This document shows, piece by piece, positions 1-9,353 of a DNA stretch of 64,000 nucleotides; positions within the stretch are counted from its first letter, which is position 1; each line of letters opens with the position of its first letter. The notes under the pieces were generated by a model, which was not told where the DNA came from, did not search any database, and saw only the letters and a program-made list of their open reading frames with translations. The stretch covers positions 112,878-176,877 of the forward strand of contig CAVVNF010000014.1 of NCBI GenBank assembly GCA_963749535.1, in the 5' to 3' direction. A program made the position numbers and the translations under genes. Source of the stretch: an uncultured Thermoleophilia bacterium (GTDB lineage Bacteria; Actinomycetota; Thermoleophilia; RBG-16-64-13).

Positions 1-2
1 AC

Positions 3-901
3 GATCGGGGATACGTCCATGGCAACCCCATCGAGCCCACTGAGATGGGCATAAAGATGGCGGAAGCCTTGCAGGAGTTCGCCCCCCACATCGCCTCTCC
101 GGAGATGACGGCGCAGCTCGAGAAGGACATGGACCTCATCTCCGAGCGCGACCTCAAGAAGGAGGATGTGGTCACCATCTCCCGCGACCTGCTTCGGGAG
201 GCCTACAGTTCCTTGGAGCAGAACCGCGAGCAGGTGGCCGCTAAGATCTACGAGGGCATCACCGACGACCGTATCCTGGGCGATTGCAGCAAATGCGGCA
301 CGCACAAGCTGAGGATCATCCGCTCGAAGGCCACCAAGAAGCGTTTCGTAGGCTGCGAGGGCTACCCGGATTGCGATCAGACCTACCCTTGCCCCAGAGG
401 GGCGACATCATCGGCACCGGAGAGATCTGCGCCCAGTGCGGCACGCCGAAGATCAAGGTGCTGGGCGGCCGGAGACCATGGATACTGTGCCTTGATCCGT
501 ACTGCCCCACGAAGGCTGAGTACCGCGAGAAACAGGCTGCCAAGGCTGCGCGCAAGGGCGATTCCGCCAAGGCGACCGGTGCCGAGGCAGTGAGCGGCTC
601 GGCTGCCGCGAAGCCGGCCAGGGCCGCGAGGAAGACCGCGACCTCCGCCCGGAAGACTTCGACCACCCGCAAGCCAGCCGCGGCGACCGCTCGGAAATCC
701 TCAGCCAAAGCGACTACCGCTAAGCCGACGACTGCGAAGGCCGCCACCAAGGCGTCGACGGCGAAGACGGCGTCGGACGCGAAAACGCCTGTCTCGGCGC
801 CCGCGAAATCGCGCACCACCCCGCGTGCTGCAAAGGCTTCCCCTCCACTCCCGGCGGGAGACGAGACGCCACCGGGGGCAGGGCCGGACACCGCCGAGTA
901 G
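3..901 (+). CDS. topA: DNA topoisomerase I, C-terminal portion (N-terminus upstream of window); one apparent frameshift near 395
   Basis: The frame is open to the window edge. The topo IA domain end (MTAQLEKDMDLI) is followed by Cys4 zinc-ribbon repeats (CSKCG..GCEGYPDC; CAQCG..CLDPYC). ORF 45-593 continues in ORF 284-901 after a 1-nt shift at ccctt/gcccc. The protein ends in a roughly 110-aa Lys/Ala/Thr-rich basic tail. Confidence 0.8.
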
Positions 902-989
902 TGCGCCATGGGGCTGTTCCTAAAGTCTGGAGGCCGCTGAATGCCTGAAGCGAGTCCACCCGTCCGCCGACGCCACCCTGGACGATTCC

Positions 990-1640
990 GTGCTTGCCGG
1001 GCTGGGTAGTGCCACCAACGGCGTGTTCATCACCTTCGAGGGACTGGATGGCTGCGGCAAGTCCACTCAGATGGAGATGCTCGCCGCCGGTTTGGAGGCG
1101 CGGGGCTTCGTCGTGCTCATGACAAGGGAGCCCGGAGGCACTCCTTTGAGCGAGGCTGTGCGGGACATCTTGCTCGATCCCCGCCAACATGGCATGTCCG
1201 CGCGTGCCGAGGCGCTGCTGTATGCAGCCGCTCGGGCGCATCTCGTTGAGCAGGTCATCAGACCCGCCTTGGAAGACGGCCAGATAGTCCTCTGCGACCG
1301 CTATATCGATTCGTCGCTCGCCTATCAGGGCTATGGCCGAGGACTGGGCACCGACAACATCATGTCGATGAATGCCTGGGCCACCGACTGTCTGTTCCCA
1401 GATCTGACCCTGCTGCTCGACCTGGACGACTCCCTCCGGAGCAACCGGTTGGCGGCAGTGCCCGATCGCCTGGAGGCCGAAGACGACGGGTTTCACCAGC
1501 GGGTGGCCGAAGGGTATCGCGCATTGTTGATCGAGCACCGCCACCGGATGCGGAGGATCGACGCGTCGGGTGCGCCCGAGGATGTGCAGCAACGCGTGCG
1601 CGACGTCGTAGAGGAAGAGTTGGGGCTGTTCACCCATTAG
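990..1640 (+). CDS. tmk: thymidylate kinase
   Basis: Intact 216-aa ORF with P-loop FITFEGLDGCGKSTQ, REPGGT and DRYIDSSLAYQG motifs. Sits in tmk-holB-ricT synteny. Confidence 0.9.
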   Translation: MLAGLGSATNGVFITFEGLDGCGKSTQMEMLAAGLEARGFVVLMTREPGGTPLSEAVRDILLDPRQHGMSARAEALLYAAARAHLVEQVIRPALEDGQIVLCDRYIDSSLAYQGYGRGLGTDNIMSMNAWATDCLFPDLTLLLDLDDSLRSNRLAAVPDRLEAEDDGFHQRVAEGYRALLIEHRHRMRRIDASGAPEDVQQRVRDVVEEELGLFTH

Positions 1641-1692
1641 GCGTGTGATCCTGGCGGTGCCGCGGTCTTCAGCGGACCTGGGGAGGAATCAG

Positions 1693-2818
1693 ATGAGCAG
1701 TCTGTTCGAGGATATCGTCGGCCAGGAGCTCGCCGTGTCCATCCTCACCCGGGCGCTCGCCCAGGGTGCTTCCCACGCCTACCTCTTTTCGGGGCCCCCG
1801 GGAGTGGGGAAGAGCGATGCTGCTCTTGCCTTCGCGGCCGGTCTGGCTTGCCCGGACGCCGGGTGCGGCGATTGCACCACCTGCCGCCGGGCGCTCGAAG
1901 GACTCCATCCGGACGTGGAGATGGTGGTTCCCGAGGGATCCAGTCATCCTCATCGACCAGATCCGCGACATCAACTCTCACGTAGCCTATCGGCCCTTCG
2001 AGGCCCGGGCCAAGGTCTACATCCTCTTCGAGGCGGAGACCATGAATCCCCAGGCGGCGAACGCCTTTCTGCGCACTCTGGAGGAACCGCCGCCGCACGT
2101 GCACTTCGTGCTCGTCACCGACGCTGCCGACCGCATGCTGCCCACGATCGTCTCCCGATGCCAGCACGTGCCGTTCTCGCGCACGCCCATGCCCCTTATC
2201 GCGGAGCACCTGGAAAGGCGCTATCAGCCTCACTCGCGATGACGCTCGCCTCTACTCCCGGGCTTCGCAGGGCAGTCTGGCCTACGCGCGCGAGCTGGCC
2301 ACTTCCGAGGAGGCGCGGGAGCGTCGCCAGGTCTGATCGTATCCGGCGAGCAAGCTACCGGAATCGGATCTCCTCTCGACAGAACGGATGCTCGACGCAG
2401 ACGCTGTCGGCCGTGGAGAAGAAGGCGGACGAATCAGTGGGCGGGCTGGACGCGAGGCGGGACCAAGCGCTGGATTGGGCAGGGGACGCCCGCACCCGTT
2501 CCTGGGTCAACAAGACGGCACGATCAGCGCGTTAAGCGCGAGAGGCGCCGGGCGGTCGGATTGGGTCTCGAAGAGGTCACGGGCACGTTCGCCGGCTGGT
2601 ACCGCGACATGGCGGCCATCTCAGTTGGAGCAGAGGATGCCGTCCTCAACCAGGACTACCTGCCGCAGCTGCGTCTGGAGACCGTACCGGGACGGATGCT
2701 GGCATACCTCGAGGCCGTGCTGGCCGTGCGAAAGACGCAAGAGCGGCTCCGCTATAATGTCGATACCAGATGTGCCATCGGAGACATGTTTCGTGCCATC
2801 AAGGAGGCCCTGATTTAG
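1693..2818 (+). CDS. holB: DNA polymerase III delta-prime subunit; about 4 apparent frameshifts
   Basis: SD GGGAGG precedes ATG 1693. Motifs: GPPGVGKS, Cys4 module CPDAGCGDCTTC, LIDQIRDI, NAFLRTLEEPP, TIVSRCQ, C-terminal WYRDM domain. The homologous signal moves through frames 1-2-0-1-2, with switches near 1935, 2225, 2337 and 2515. Confidence 0.8.
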
Positions 2819-4243
2819 TGGCCGATGTTGTTGGGGTTGTTTTTCAGAACGGGATCAAGACCTACTACTTCGATCCTGCAGGACTTGAACTTGCTCAGGG
2901 GGATCGTGTCGTAGTACAGACGATCAGGGGCACGGAGATCGGCCAGGTGGTCGATCCCCCTCACACCATAGACGATTCCGAGTTGCCGGCTCCCCTCAAG
3001 AAAGTCACCCGGGTCGCCACCGAGAAAGACCTGGAGCTCTGTCGCCGCCAACGAGAGTCTGCGCCGCGAGGCCATGGCCACCTGCCGCCAGTTCGTCGAG
3101 CAGCACGGCTTGGACATGAAACTGGTGGGCGCCGACATCATGTTCGGCGGGGAGAAGATCACCTTCAGTTTCTATTCGGACGAACGCGTCGATTTTCGCG
3201 CGCTGGTGGGCGATCTGGCCAAAGCACTCAAGATGCGCATCGAACTCCGGCAGATCGGAGCCCGGGAGGAAGCGCGCATGGTAGGCGGACTTGGTCCGTG
3301 TGGACGGCATCTGTGCTGCACCCTGTTCCCCGGCGACGAGGACCCGGTCTCCATCCGCATGGCCAAGGAGCAGAATCTCCCGCTCAACCCCATGAAGATC
3401 TCGGGGTTGTGCGGGCGCCTTATGTGCTGCCTCAAGTACGAGCAGGAACAGTACGTCACGTTCCGCAAGGAGGCTCCGCCCAGGGGCACTCCGGTGAAGA
3501 CCTCCACTGGAGAAGGGGTCGTCACCGGCTACAACGTGCCCAAGGACTCCATCAGCGTCCGGTTCGAAGACGGCACCCACACGGATATCCGCCTTGCCGA
3601 CTGCCAGTGCGAGCATCGGGGCGGGATGATCACGGTCGCCGATACCGAGGAGGAGTCGTTCCTCGAGGCGGGAGACCGTCTCATGGCGGGAGATCGACCG
3701 GCGGCGTGTCCAGGCGCGACCCTGGCGGTGATCGAGGCCGCGGTGGTGATAGGCGAGGATGGCGAGGCCGTGGAGGTCATCGTGGCAGAAGGCTCTCTTC
3801 CACCCGGGCCACCGGGAGACATCACGGTCGCTGGAGCACCGACCTCCGAGGAGCCGCGGGTTGAGGGGGAAGGCTTAGGGCGTCGAGCCCGTTCGCGCGG
3901 TGGCCGCGGCCGACGCGGCAGGGGCAGAGGTCCCTCCGCCCAAGCGAGCGGCGAGCCCGGGACGGGGAGGAACCCCGGAGAGCAAACCGGGGACTCCGGC
4001 CGCGGCGCAGCCGGCGGCCGCGCCGGGATGCCGAGTGGCGGCACGGCGAGCGGAAGCGCAGACCGAGCGCAGACCGGTGGTTCGACAGGCGAAGCCTCAG
4101 AGGGCCCCGCCGGTCGTTCCCGTTCCTCACGACGGCGACGTCGGCCACGGCGGGCAGCCGAAGGCGGGAGTGGTGGCGCCGGGCCTGCCGGTAGCGGGAC
4201 TCCGGGTGCCGGCGCGAGCGGCGCAGGCGGGTCCGGCGAGTAG
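2818..4243 (+). CDS. ricT: PSP1-domain protein RicT/YaaT with long Gly/Arg-rich C-terminal tail; one apparent frameshift near 3040
   Basis: GTG 2818 overlaps the holB stop (taGTG), with SD AAGGAGG upstream. PSP1 core: KMRIELRQIGAREEARMVGGLGPCGRHLCC..GLCGRLMCCLKYE. ORF 2770-3864 joins ORF 3074-4243. The last ~190 aa or so are G/R/S/A low complexity. Confidence 0.8.
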
Positions 4244-4499
4244 ATCCGCGCTTCGAGCTTGGGGCTACACCGGGAAGCGCTCTGTGCAGAAGCTCCCGCG
4301 CTCGCCGCGCGATCTCCGAGGAAGGTCTCGCATCGGCCAGGTGGTCGCCATTAGCCAGCGGCGCTGTCGTCTTCATGGTCAACGGCGGACCCTGCGCCTT
4401 GTCAGCAGGTGGCACAGCTTCTAAACTAGGTGGCCGCCTGGAAGTCGAGCAGATTCCGGGTGAGCGGTGGAGCGGTTCCGGCCGCTTGCGGTTTTCCAG

Positions 4500-4572
4500 G
4501 CCGACGTAGCTCAGATGGCAGAGCGGCTCACTCGTAATGAGCAGGTCTGGGGTTCGATTCCCCACGTCGGCT
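4500..4572 (+). tRNA. tRNA-Thr (anticodon CGT)
   Basis: Cloverleaf read by hand: acceptor GCCGACG/CGTCGGC, D arm GCTC..GAGC, anticodon stem GCTCA/TGAGC with loop CTCGTAA, T arm TGGGG-TTCGATT-CCCCA, discriminator T. No encoded CCA. Confidence 0.9.
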
Positions 4573-4907
4573 TACGTTTTTACCTCTAAGAGACGTATTT
4601 TCCGGTAGCCACGACTGCCAATAAGGCTGCAACACGGCCGGTTGACAGCAATAATGACAGCACCACGCAGTTAAGCCGCTGCTACTAGCCCTACTCGCGA
4701 TGGCCAGCGTCCTTGGCTGTATCGCTCTCTCTCGGGCCAGCCAACGCCGCAGGCACCGGAGGTGCTATGCTGCCGTCATGCGCCGGTGCTCGCGCTCGTC
4801 TTTGCCATGGCGCTAGCCATTCCCCGCAGGCCGGGAAAAGGGCGGGCGTGAACGCGACTCCAGCGGGCGGCTTCTGGGGATCTTGACGCTAGTCAGAAAG
4901 AGGCAGC

Positions 4908-5237
4908 GTGGAAAGCCGTCAACACCGACGCAATTACGGGACCCTCTGGGGGATGCTCGTACTCGCGATCCTCTATATCGGGTTGCTTCACTACCTGCAC
5001 TCGGTGACCGGCATACGTTGGCTGGATGGCAGCATAGGGGTGGTCCTTGCCCTCTACATCTGCTCGCGTCCGGCCATCAATGCTTGGGAATGGCTGTTCT
5101 TCAGTCGTCCCCATCTGCGCCTGCTCGCAGCGAATTGGTCCGGAGTCGGATGGCTGGCGCTGAACACCCTCGTCCTGGTGGCGGGGTGGTTGGTTCTCTT
5201 TACTTCACTGACGCGAATCGTAGGCGCTGGCACTTAG
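4908..5237 (+). CDS. hypothetical small membrane protein (3-4 hydrophobic helices), island-borne
   Basis: 109-aa ORF with hydrophobic stretches (LWGMLVLAILYIGLL, GVVLALYICS, GWLALNTLVLVAGWLVLF). Lies in the lower-GC segment after tRNA-Thr. I recognise no family. Confidence 0.4.
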   Translation: MESRQHRRNYGTLWGMLVLAILYIGLLHYLHSVTGIRWLDGSIGVVLALYICSRPAINAWEWLFFSRPHLRLLAANWSGVGWLALNTLVLVAGWLVLFTSLTRIVGAGT

Positions 5238-5303
5238 ACGTTGTGACAGATCAGGCTTGGCGGCGCGTGCGTATACTCCCTTTAATGCCAAAAGAAAGAG
5301 GTT

Positions 5304-5624
5304 GTGATTGTGGACCATCCCCGATTCTCCGCCACTCAAGCAGTATCTCAATACCTCTACCTGACTTCCACCGAGAAATATCCGGACATTCATCCCTCGC
5401 GGGCGGTGGGCCAATGGCTCTGTGACCTTCAGGGGTCGGGAAAGATAGCGGATACCATGATTACGGAGCTGCGCAACCACCTGCCTTCGACGGATCAAGG
5501 CTTCTTCGCAAACGGCACCCTTGATGACGCCGTCCACGCCTACGCCATGAACCTGCTGGTGGCTCCTGACGAGGTTTCCACCGCTCAACTGCGAGAACTC
5601 CTGGCAGCGCTGAAGACTATCTAG
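5304..5624 (+). CDS. hypothetical protein, island-borne
   Basis: 106-aa ORF in the lower-GC segment with no motif I recognise. Confidence 0.3.
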   Translation: MIVDHPRFSATQAVSQYLYLTSTEKYPDIHPSRAVGQWLCDLQGSGKIADTMITELRNHLPSTDQGFFANGTLDDAVHAYAMNLLVAPDEVSTAQLRELLAALKTI

Positions 5625-5692
5625 GACCAATTCCTCAAGCTTCATCATCCGCCCATTACTATCTTCAAAATCGGTGCGAAGGGCACAAGGGC

Positions 5693-6430
5693 TTACACCT
5701 TGCGCATTGCCCCGGTTGTGATCATCAGGTCGATTTCTTCGTTTCTGCCGTTCAAGAGCCTCGTCTTGATGCCAACGCTCTTGCCGAAATCAGAAAATGC
5801 CTCGTTCTTATTGGTGTTATGGGCGATGAGCACTCCCCCCTTCTTGATTGCCGGCCATGCATTCTGAAACTCCCAGATCATGGTTTCATAGGTATGCTGG
5901 CTGTCGTGAAAGAACAGGTCTATCGCCCCCACTTCCTCCAATAAGGGAGCAAGTCTATCCGTGCTCTTGCCCGGAATCAGTTGCCACCGGCTGCGCAGGT
6001 AGTCAGGTATCATCCAGCCACTCTGCTCCTCTATCGCTCGCGGTACTAACTCGTCCTCTGTATACCGCGCTCTCCAATTCTCGGTGACCGTATACCAAGG
6101 CACATCTATGGAATACAACGTGCCTTTCTTGTTTGTATCTAGGGCCAATAGGATATGTGACGACGAGATGCCGCTGGCAACCCCGGTTTCCACCACGCTC
6201 TCAGGCTTCACTGTCCGGCATAAACCATATAACGCTAGGCAGGCCGTGAGGTCGATGCCTAGCGCCCGGAACGAAAAAGGCTTGATTCCGGAACCGTCGT
6301 CCCAATTGCGCGTGATGTCCTGGCGGAACTTGCTGTCCGGAGATATCTCAGAAAGATAGCTCTCGATCTCGGCGTCCTGGGCTCCCGTCAAAGTCAGCGA
6401 CAAAGTCCCGAATCGCCTGATACATCTCAT
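5693..6430 (-). CDS. class I SAM-dependent methyltransferase (O-methyltransferase/Methyltransf_24-like)
   Basis: 245-aa intact ORF. SAM-binding motif I VVETGVASGISS, followed by LYSIDV and a LFFHDSQH acidic/His region. GC is visibly lower than in the flanks. Confidence 0.6.
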   Translation of the reverse strand: MRCIRRFGTLSLTLTGAQDAEIESYLSEISPDSKFRQDITRNWDDGSGIKPFSFRALGIDLTACLALYGLCRTVKPESVVETGVASGISSSHILLALDTNKKGTLYSIDVPWYTVTENWRARYTEDELVPRAIEEQSGWMIPDYLRSRWQLIPGKSTDRLAPLLEEVGAIDLFFHDSQHTYETMIWEFQNAWPAIKKGGVLIAHNTNKNEAFSDFGKSVGIKTRLLNGRNEEIDLMITTGAMRKV

Positions 6431-7075
6431 CTGTCATGGTCATCGGCCTCATCAAGAGTGGGAGGGGGCGCTACAGTTGAGATGCGCCGTACTGCTCGCC
6501 GCCGCAGCTTAGGAGGCTGCTGAAGAACAGCGCCCCGGCCGTCAGAAGCGCACTGGGCGGCACGATAGCACGTCCTCGGTCGCGTCAATAGCGCTGCTAT
6601 TCACGCTTCCTGCGTCCTTCTCTCGCGCGTACCCATCGGGCTCTGGCGGCGAGGCGCCATTCTTCAGCAGCCTGTTAAAGCTGTCTGCTAGCGCACAGCC
6701 TCCAAGGACTCGCTGCCGATGGCTGGCCTGCCTTCGGGGACGGACTTCGCGCCCGCTGGATTCTACACGACGCCCAGCTCTAAACGCGGCCACCTGCACC
6801 GGTGTCGGCCTCCACATAGGTCAAAGAGTGAAGGCAGGTCTTGCATTTGTTGTTGACTAACGTAATACTTTCACACGGATAACGCTGACGCCATACAGCG
6901 TTTTCTCTATCTTCGCGCCTACCGGTGAGTGGCGTCTCAAATAACCGCCGGGTCGAACTTGCTCTAGCCCCGGGGACTGCTCTCCACTGAGGGTCCCCGG
7001 GGCGTTCTCTCATTCCAGACCACTACGCAGCCCCGCTCGAATAGCAGATGAGCGGCGGCGAGGGCTGTTCCTGGA

Positions 7076-7118
7076 ACTCACAATGAGCAGGTCTGGGTTC
7101 GATTCCCCATATCGGCTT
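7076..7118 (+). repeat. Direct repeat of the 3' half of tRNA-Thr(CGT); att-like island boundary
   Basis: AATGAGCAGGTCTGGGTTCGATTCCCCATATCGGCTT (7082-7118) matches AATGAGCAGGTCTGGGGTTCGATTCCCCACGTCGGCTT (4536-4573) in the same orientation, with 2 substitutions and one G missing. CTCAC of the anticodon stem is also present at 7076-7080. Confidence 0.8.
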
Positions 7119-7264
7119 TCTCAACCAGCCGCAACGGTTCTCACGTTTCCCTCTCCGCCCGCGCGATGGCTGTGCCGTCAATGGAGCAGCGTCCTTATCG
7201 GCCGTGCGGTATAGAATCAATGCGGCCACTACCCGAGCGGACGAGTTCAAACCCACACCCAAGG

Positions 7265-7978
7265 ATGGGCAGCATGGCGGCAGAGCGCGTAACCGAGCAT
7301 GTTTACAGGGTCAACGTGGGACCGGGGCAGGTGTTTCTCATCCTGCAGCCGGAGAAGCTCATCCTGATCGACGCCGGGGTCCCGGGCAGCGCCGCCGTGA
7401 TCTCCGAGGCGGTCCGCGGACTCGGGCGTCGTCCCGAGGAGATCTCCGACATCGTTGTCACGCATCCGCACCCCGACCACGCAGGTGGTCTCGCGGAGCT
7501 GAAGGAGCTGACGGGCGCGCGCGTCTGGATGCACGCGGAAGACGCTGCGCTGGTTCGGGCCGGTCGCGCGTTCCGTCCGTGGAAAGTGGCACCGGGCATT
7601 CGGAACCGCGTATTCGCGCGCTTCGTCATCCGCCGTTCGCCCACATCTTTCGAACCGGCGATGGTGGACAGCGAGGTCACGCCCGGACAAGAGTTGCCTT
7701 TCGCCGAGGGGCTTATCGCCCTGCACACTCCCGGCCACACCGCGGGTCACCTGGCTCTGCTCTGGCGCGGCGACGGGGGAGTGCTTTTCGCCGGCGACGC
7801 AGGCAATTACCGTCGCGGCCGCCTGGTGCCCAGCACGGTCAACGAGGACCTTGAGGTGGCTATGGAGAGCCTCCGGCTGCTGGCTCAGGAAGACTTCGAG
7901 ACGGTCTGCTTCGCACACGCGCTACCCATCGTCGGTGGCGCCTCGGCCCTGCTCCGGGAACAGTCGAAGCGTCTTTAG
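7265..7978 (+). CDS. MBL-fold metallo-hydrolase
   Basis: HxHxDH motif THPHPDHAGG, later HTPGHTAGH and a conserved D (FAGDAG). Intact. The ATG at 7265 was chosen within ORF 7166-7978. Confidence 0.8.
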   Translation: MGSMAAERVTEHVYRVNVGPGQVFLILQPEKLILIDAGVPGSAAVISEAVRGLGRRPEEISDIVVTHPHPDHAGGLAELKELTGARVWMHAEDAALVRAGRAFRPWKVAPGIRNRVFARFVIRRSPTSFEPAMVDSEVTPGQELPFAEGLIALHTPGHTAGHLALLWRGDGGVLFAGDAGNYRRGRLVPSTVNEDLEVAMESLRLLAQEDFETVCFAHALPIVGGASALLREQSKRL

Positions 7979-8030
7979 GGACTCTGGCCCCGGCGCTGTT
8001 CAGGTCTCGGCGCGGCCTTGCTTCGGCTTC

Positions 8031-8048
8031 GCCCCGCTCTTGCGGGGC
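8031..8048. terminator. GC hairpin between convergent MBL and iclR genes
   Basis: GCCCCGC-tctt-GCGGGGC followed by TT, in the 158-nt gap between two convergent stops. Confidence 0.35.
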
Positions 8049-8136
8049 TTGCGGCGGTGCGTCGGGAGGCAGACTCGCTTGGGCTTCGCGCCGAGACCCG
8101 TTCGCGTCTAGAGCCTCAGTGCCTAGGCCCGCCCCT

Positions 8137-9075
8137 TCACCTGGCGCCAGGCGCCGTCTTGGGGGGTGAGTAGCCCAGAAATCCGGAGAGGGACGCCGCG
8201 GCCGCCTTTACGGCCTCAGCGCAGTGGCGCCGCTCTTCGGGGCCAAAGCGACCGGTAGGGGCAACAACCGAGAGCGTGGCGATCACGGTGCCAAGTTGAT
8301 CGCGCACCGGCGCCGCCACGGCGCAGGTGCCGATGTTCCGCTCCTCGAGATCGAATCCGATGCCCTCTTGCTCCACTCGCTCCAGCTCGCGGCGAAGCGC
8401 AGCCGGGTCGGTGATCGTGCTGGGAGTCAACTGGGGAAGGGGCTGAGCGATGATGCTTTCCCGGTCCGCGGGCGCCTTGAAGGCCGCGAATACCTTTCCA
8501 TTGGCATTGGCCGTGTATCCGATGATCTGGCCCACGGCTATCTCTCGGCGGAACGGGCGCGAGGTGTCCACCATGTCGACGCTCACTGCCATTCCATCCA
8601 CCTCGACAGCCAGCGTGACCGACTCTCCCGTCGTCTTAGCCAGGGATTCCAGGTAGGGCCGCGCCGTCCTTTCCAGCTCGGAGTAGCCCTCGGAGAGATA
8701 CATCGCGGCCAGCAGAGCGGGGCCGAGGTGGTACCGATTGGTCACGACATCGCGTACCACATACGCCGCACTCTCCATCGTCCGGAGCATGCGGTACGCG
8801 GTCATCCGGGGCAGCCCGGTCTGCTCCGCGATCTGCTCCAGCGTCCATTCGCGGTGCTCCCCGTCGAAAAGACTGAGCACGAGGAGCCCTTTCGATAAAG
8901 CCCGTACCACGAATGCATCGTCCGCACGCTTCGGCGAGGTCTCGCGTAGTCCCGCTGCGCGCTGAGGTCTATCTGGTGTCGCCACGGTTCCCCTCCCAAC
9001 GGACGACCGACTATCCCGGCACAAGACATCATGATTCTTCGTGGATTCTAGCATCACGCGTGATCCCGGCGGCAA
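8137..9075 (-). CDS. IclR family transcriptional regulator (paralog 1)
   Basis: N-terminal wHTH (LSKGLLVLSLFDGEHREWTLEQIAEQTGLPRMTAYRMLRTM) plus an IclR effector domain (GESVTLAVEVDG.., GIGFDLEERNIGTCAVAAPV). The start is uncertain; an internal ATG at 9054 is possible. Confidence 0.85.
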   Translation of the reverse strand: MPPGSRVMLESTKNHDVLCRDSRSSVGRGTVATPDRPQRAAGLRETSPKRADDAFVVRALSKGLLVLSLFDGEHREWTLEQIAEQTGLPRMTAYRMLRTMESAAYVVRDVVTNRYHLGPALLAAMYLSEGYSELERTARPYLESLAKTTGESVTLAVEVDGMAVSVDMVDTSRPFRREIAVGQIIGYTANANGKVFAAFKAPADRESIIAQPLPQLTPSTITDPAALRRELERVEQEGIGFDLEERNIGTCAVAAPVRDQLGTVIATLSVVAPTGRFGPEERRHCAEAVKAAAASLSGFLGYSPPKTAPGAR

Positions 9076-9154
9076 CCCGTCCTTTGCCGGCGACCGTCCG
9101 CGTGAGCCCGACGCTGTCGTAGCCGGGGCCTTACAGGCCCAGGTTTCGAGCTAA

Positions 9155-9195
9155 GGTCTGGTATGTATCTTTTGTTTTATGGTACGATCATACCA
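9155..9195. promoter_or_regulatory. Composite conserved element GGTCTGGTATG-N11-TTATGGTA-N5-ATACCA (copy 1)
   Basis: Lies in the divergent iclR1/dehydrogenase intergenic region. The same blocks with identical spacing recur at 30082-30122. It contains the palindrome TGGTA-N6-TACCA and TGGTA motifs resembling an extended -10. Confidence 0.5.
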
Positions 9196-9353
9196 CTGTA
9201 GCTGCGTGTCGAAAGCGCCCTTGGCGCGTGCTTTTTTCGACGCGCCCCGGCCGTTCTTCATTTCACGGCCGGAAAGTGTGACACTGATGAAAGGGCCGCA
9301 TAAGCAGCTTACCGGCCGCATTGCCGAGTACAAATCGACTGCGAGGGACTCCA

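Noticed and set aside
6431-7118. Possible tmRNA (ssrA) ending in the tRNA-like T arm at 7095-7118
   Set aside because: The 3' segment matches the tRNA-Thr anticodon stem, variable loop and T arm almost base for base. There is no complementary 5' acceptor strand, no GGGG 5' end and no tag-peptide reading frame ending in an Ala-Ala stop. It is a duplicated tRNA half, not ssrA.
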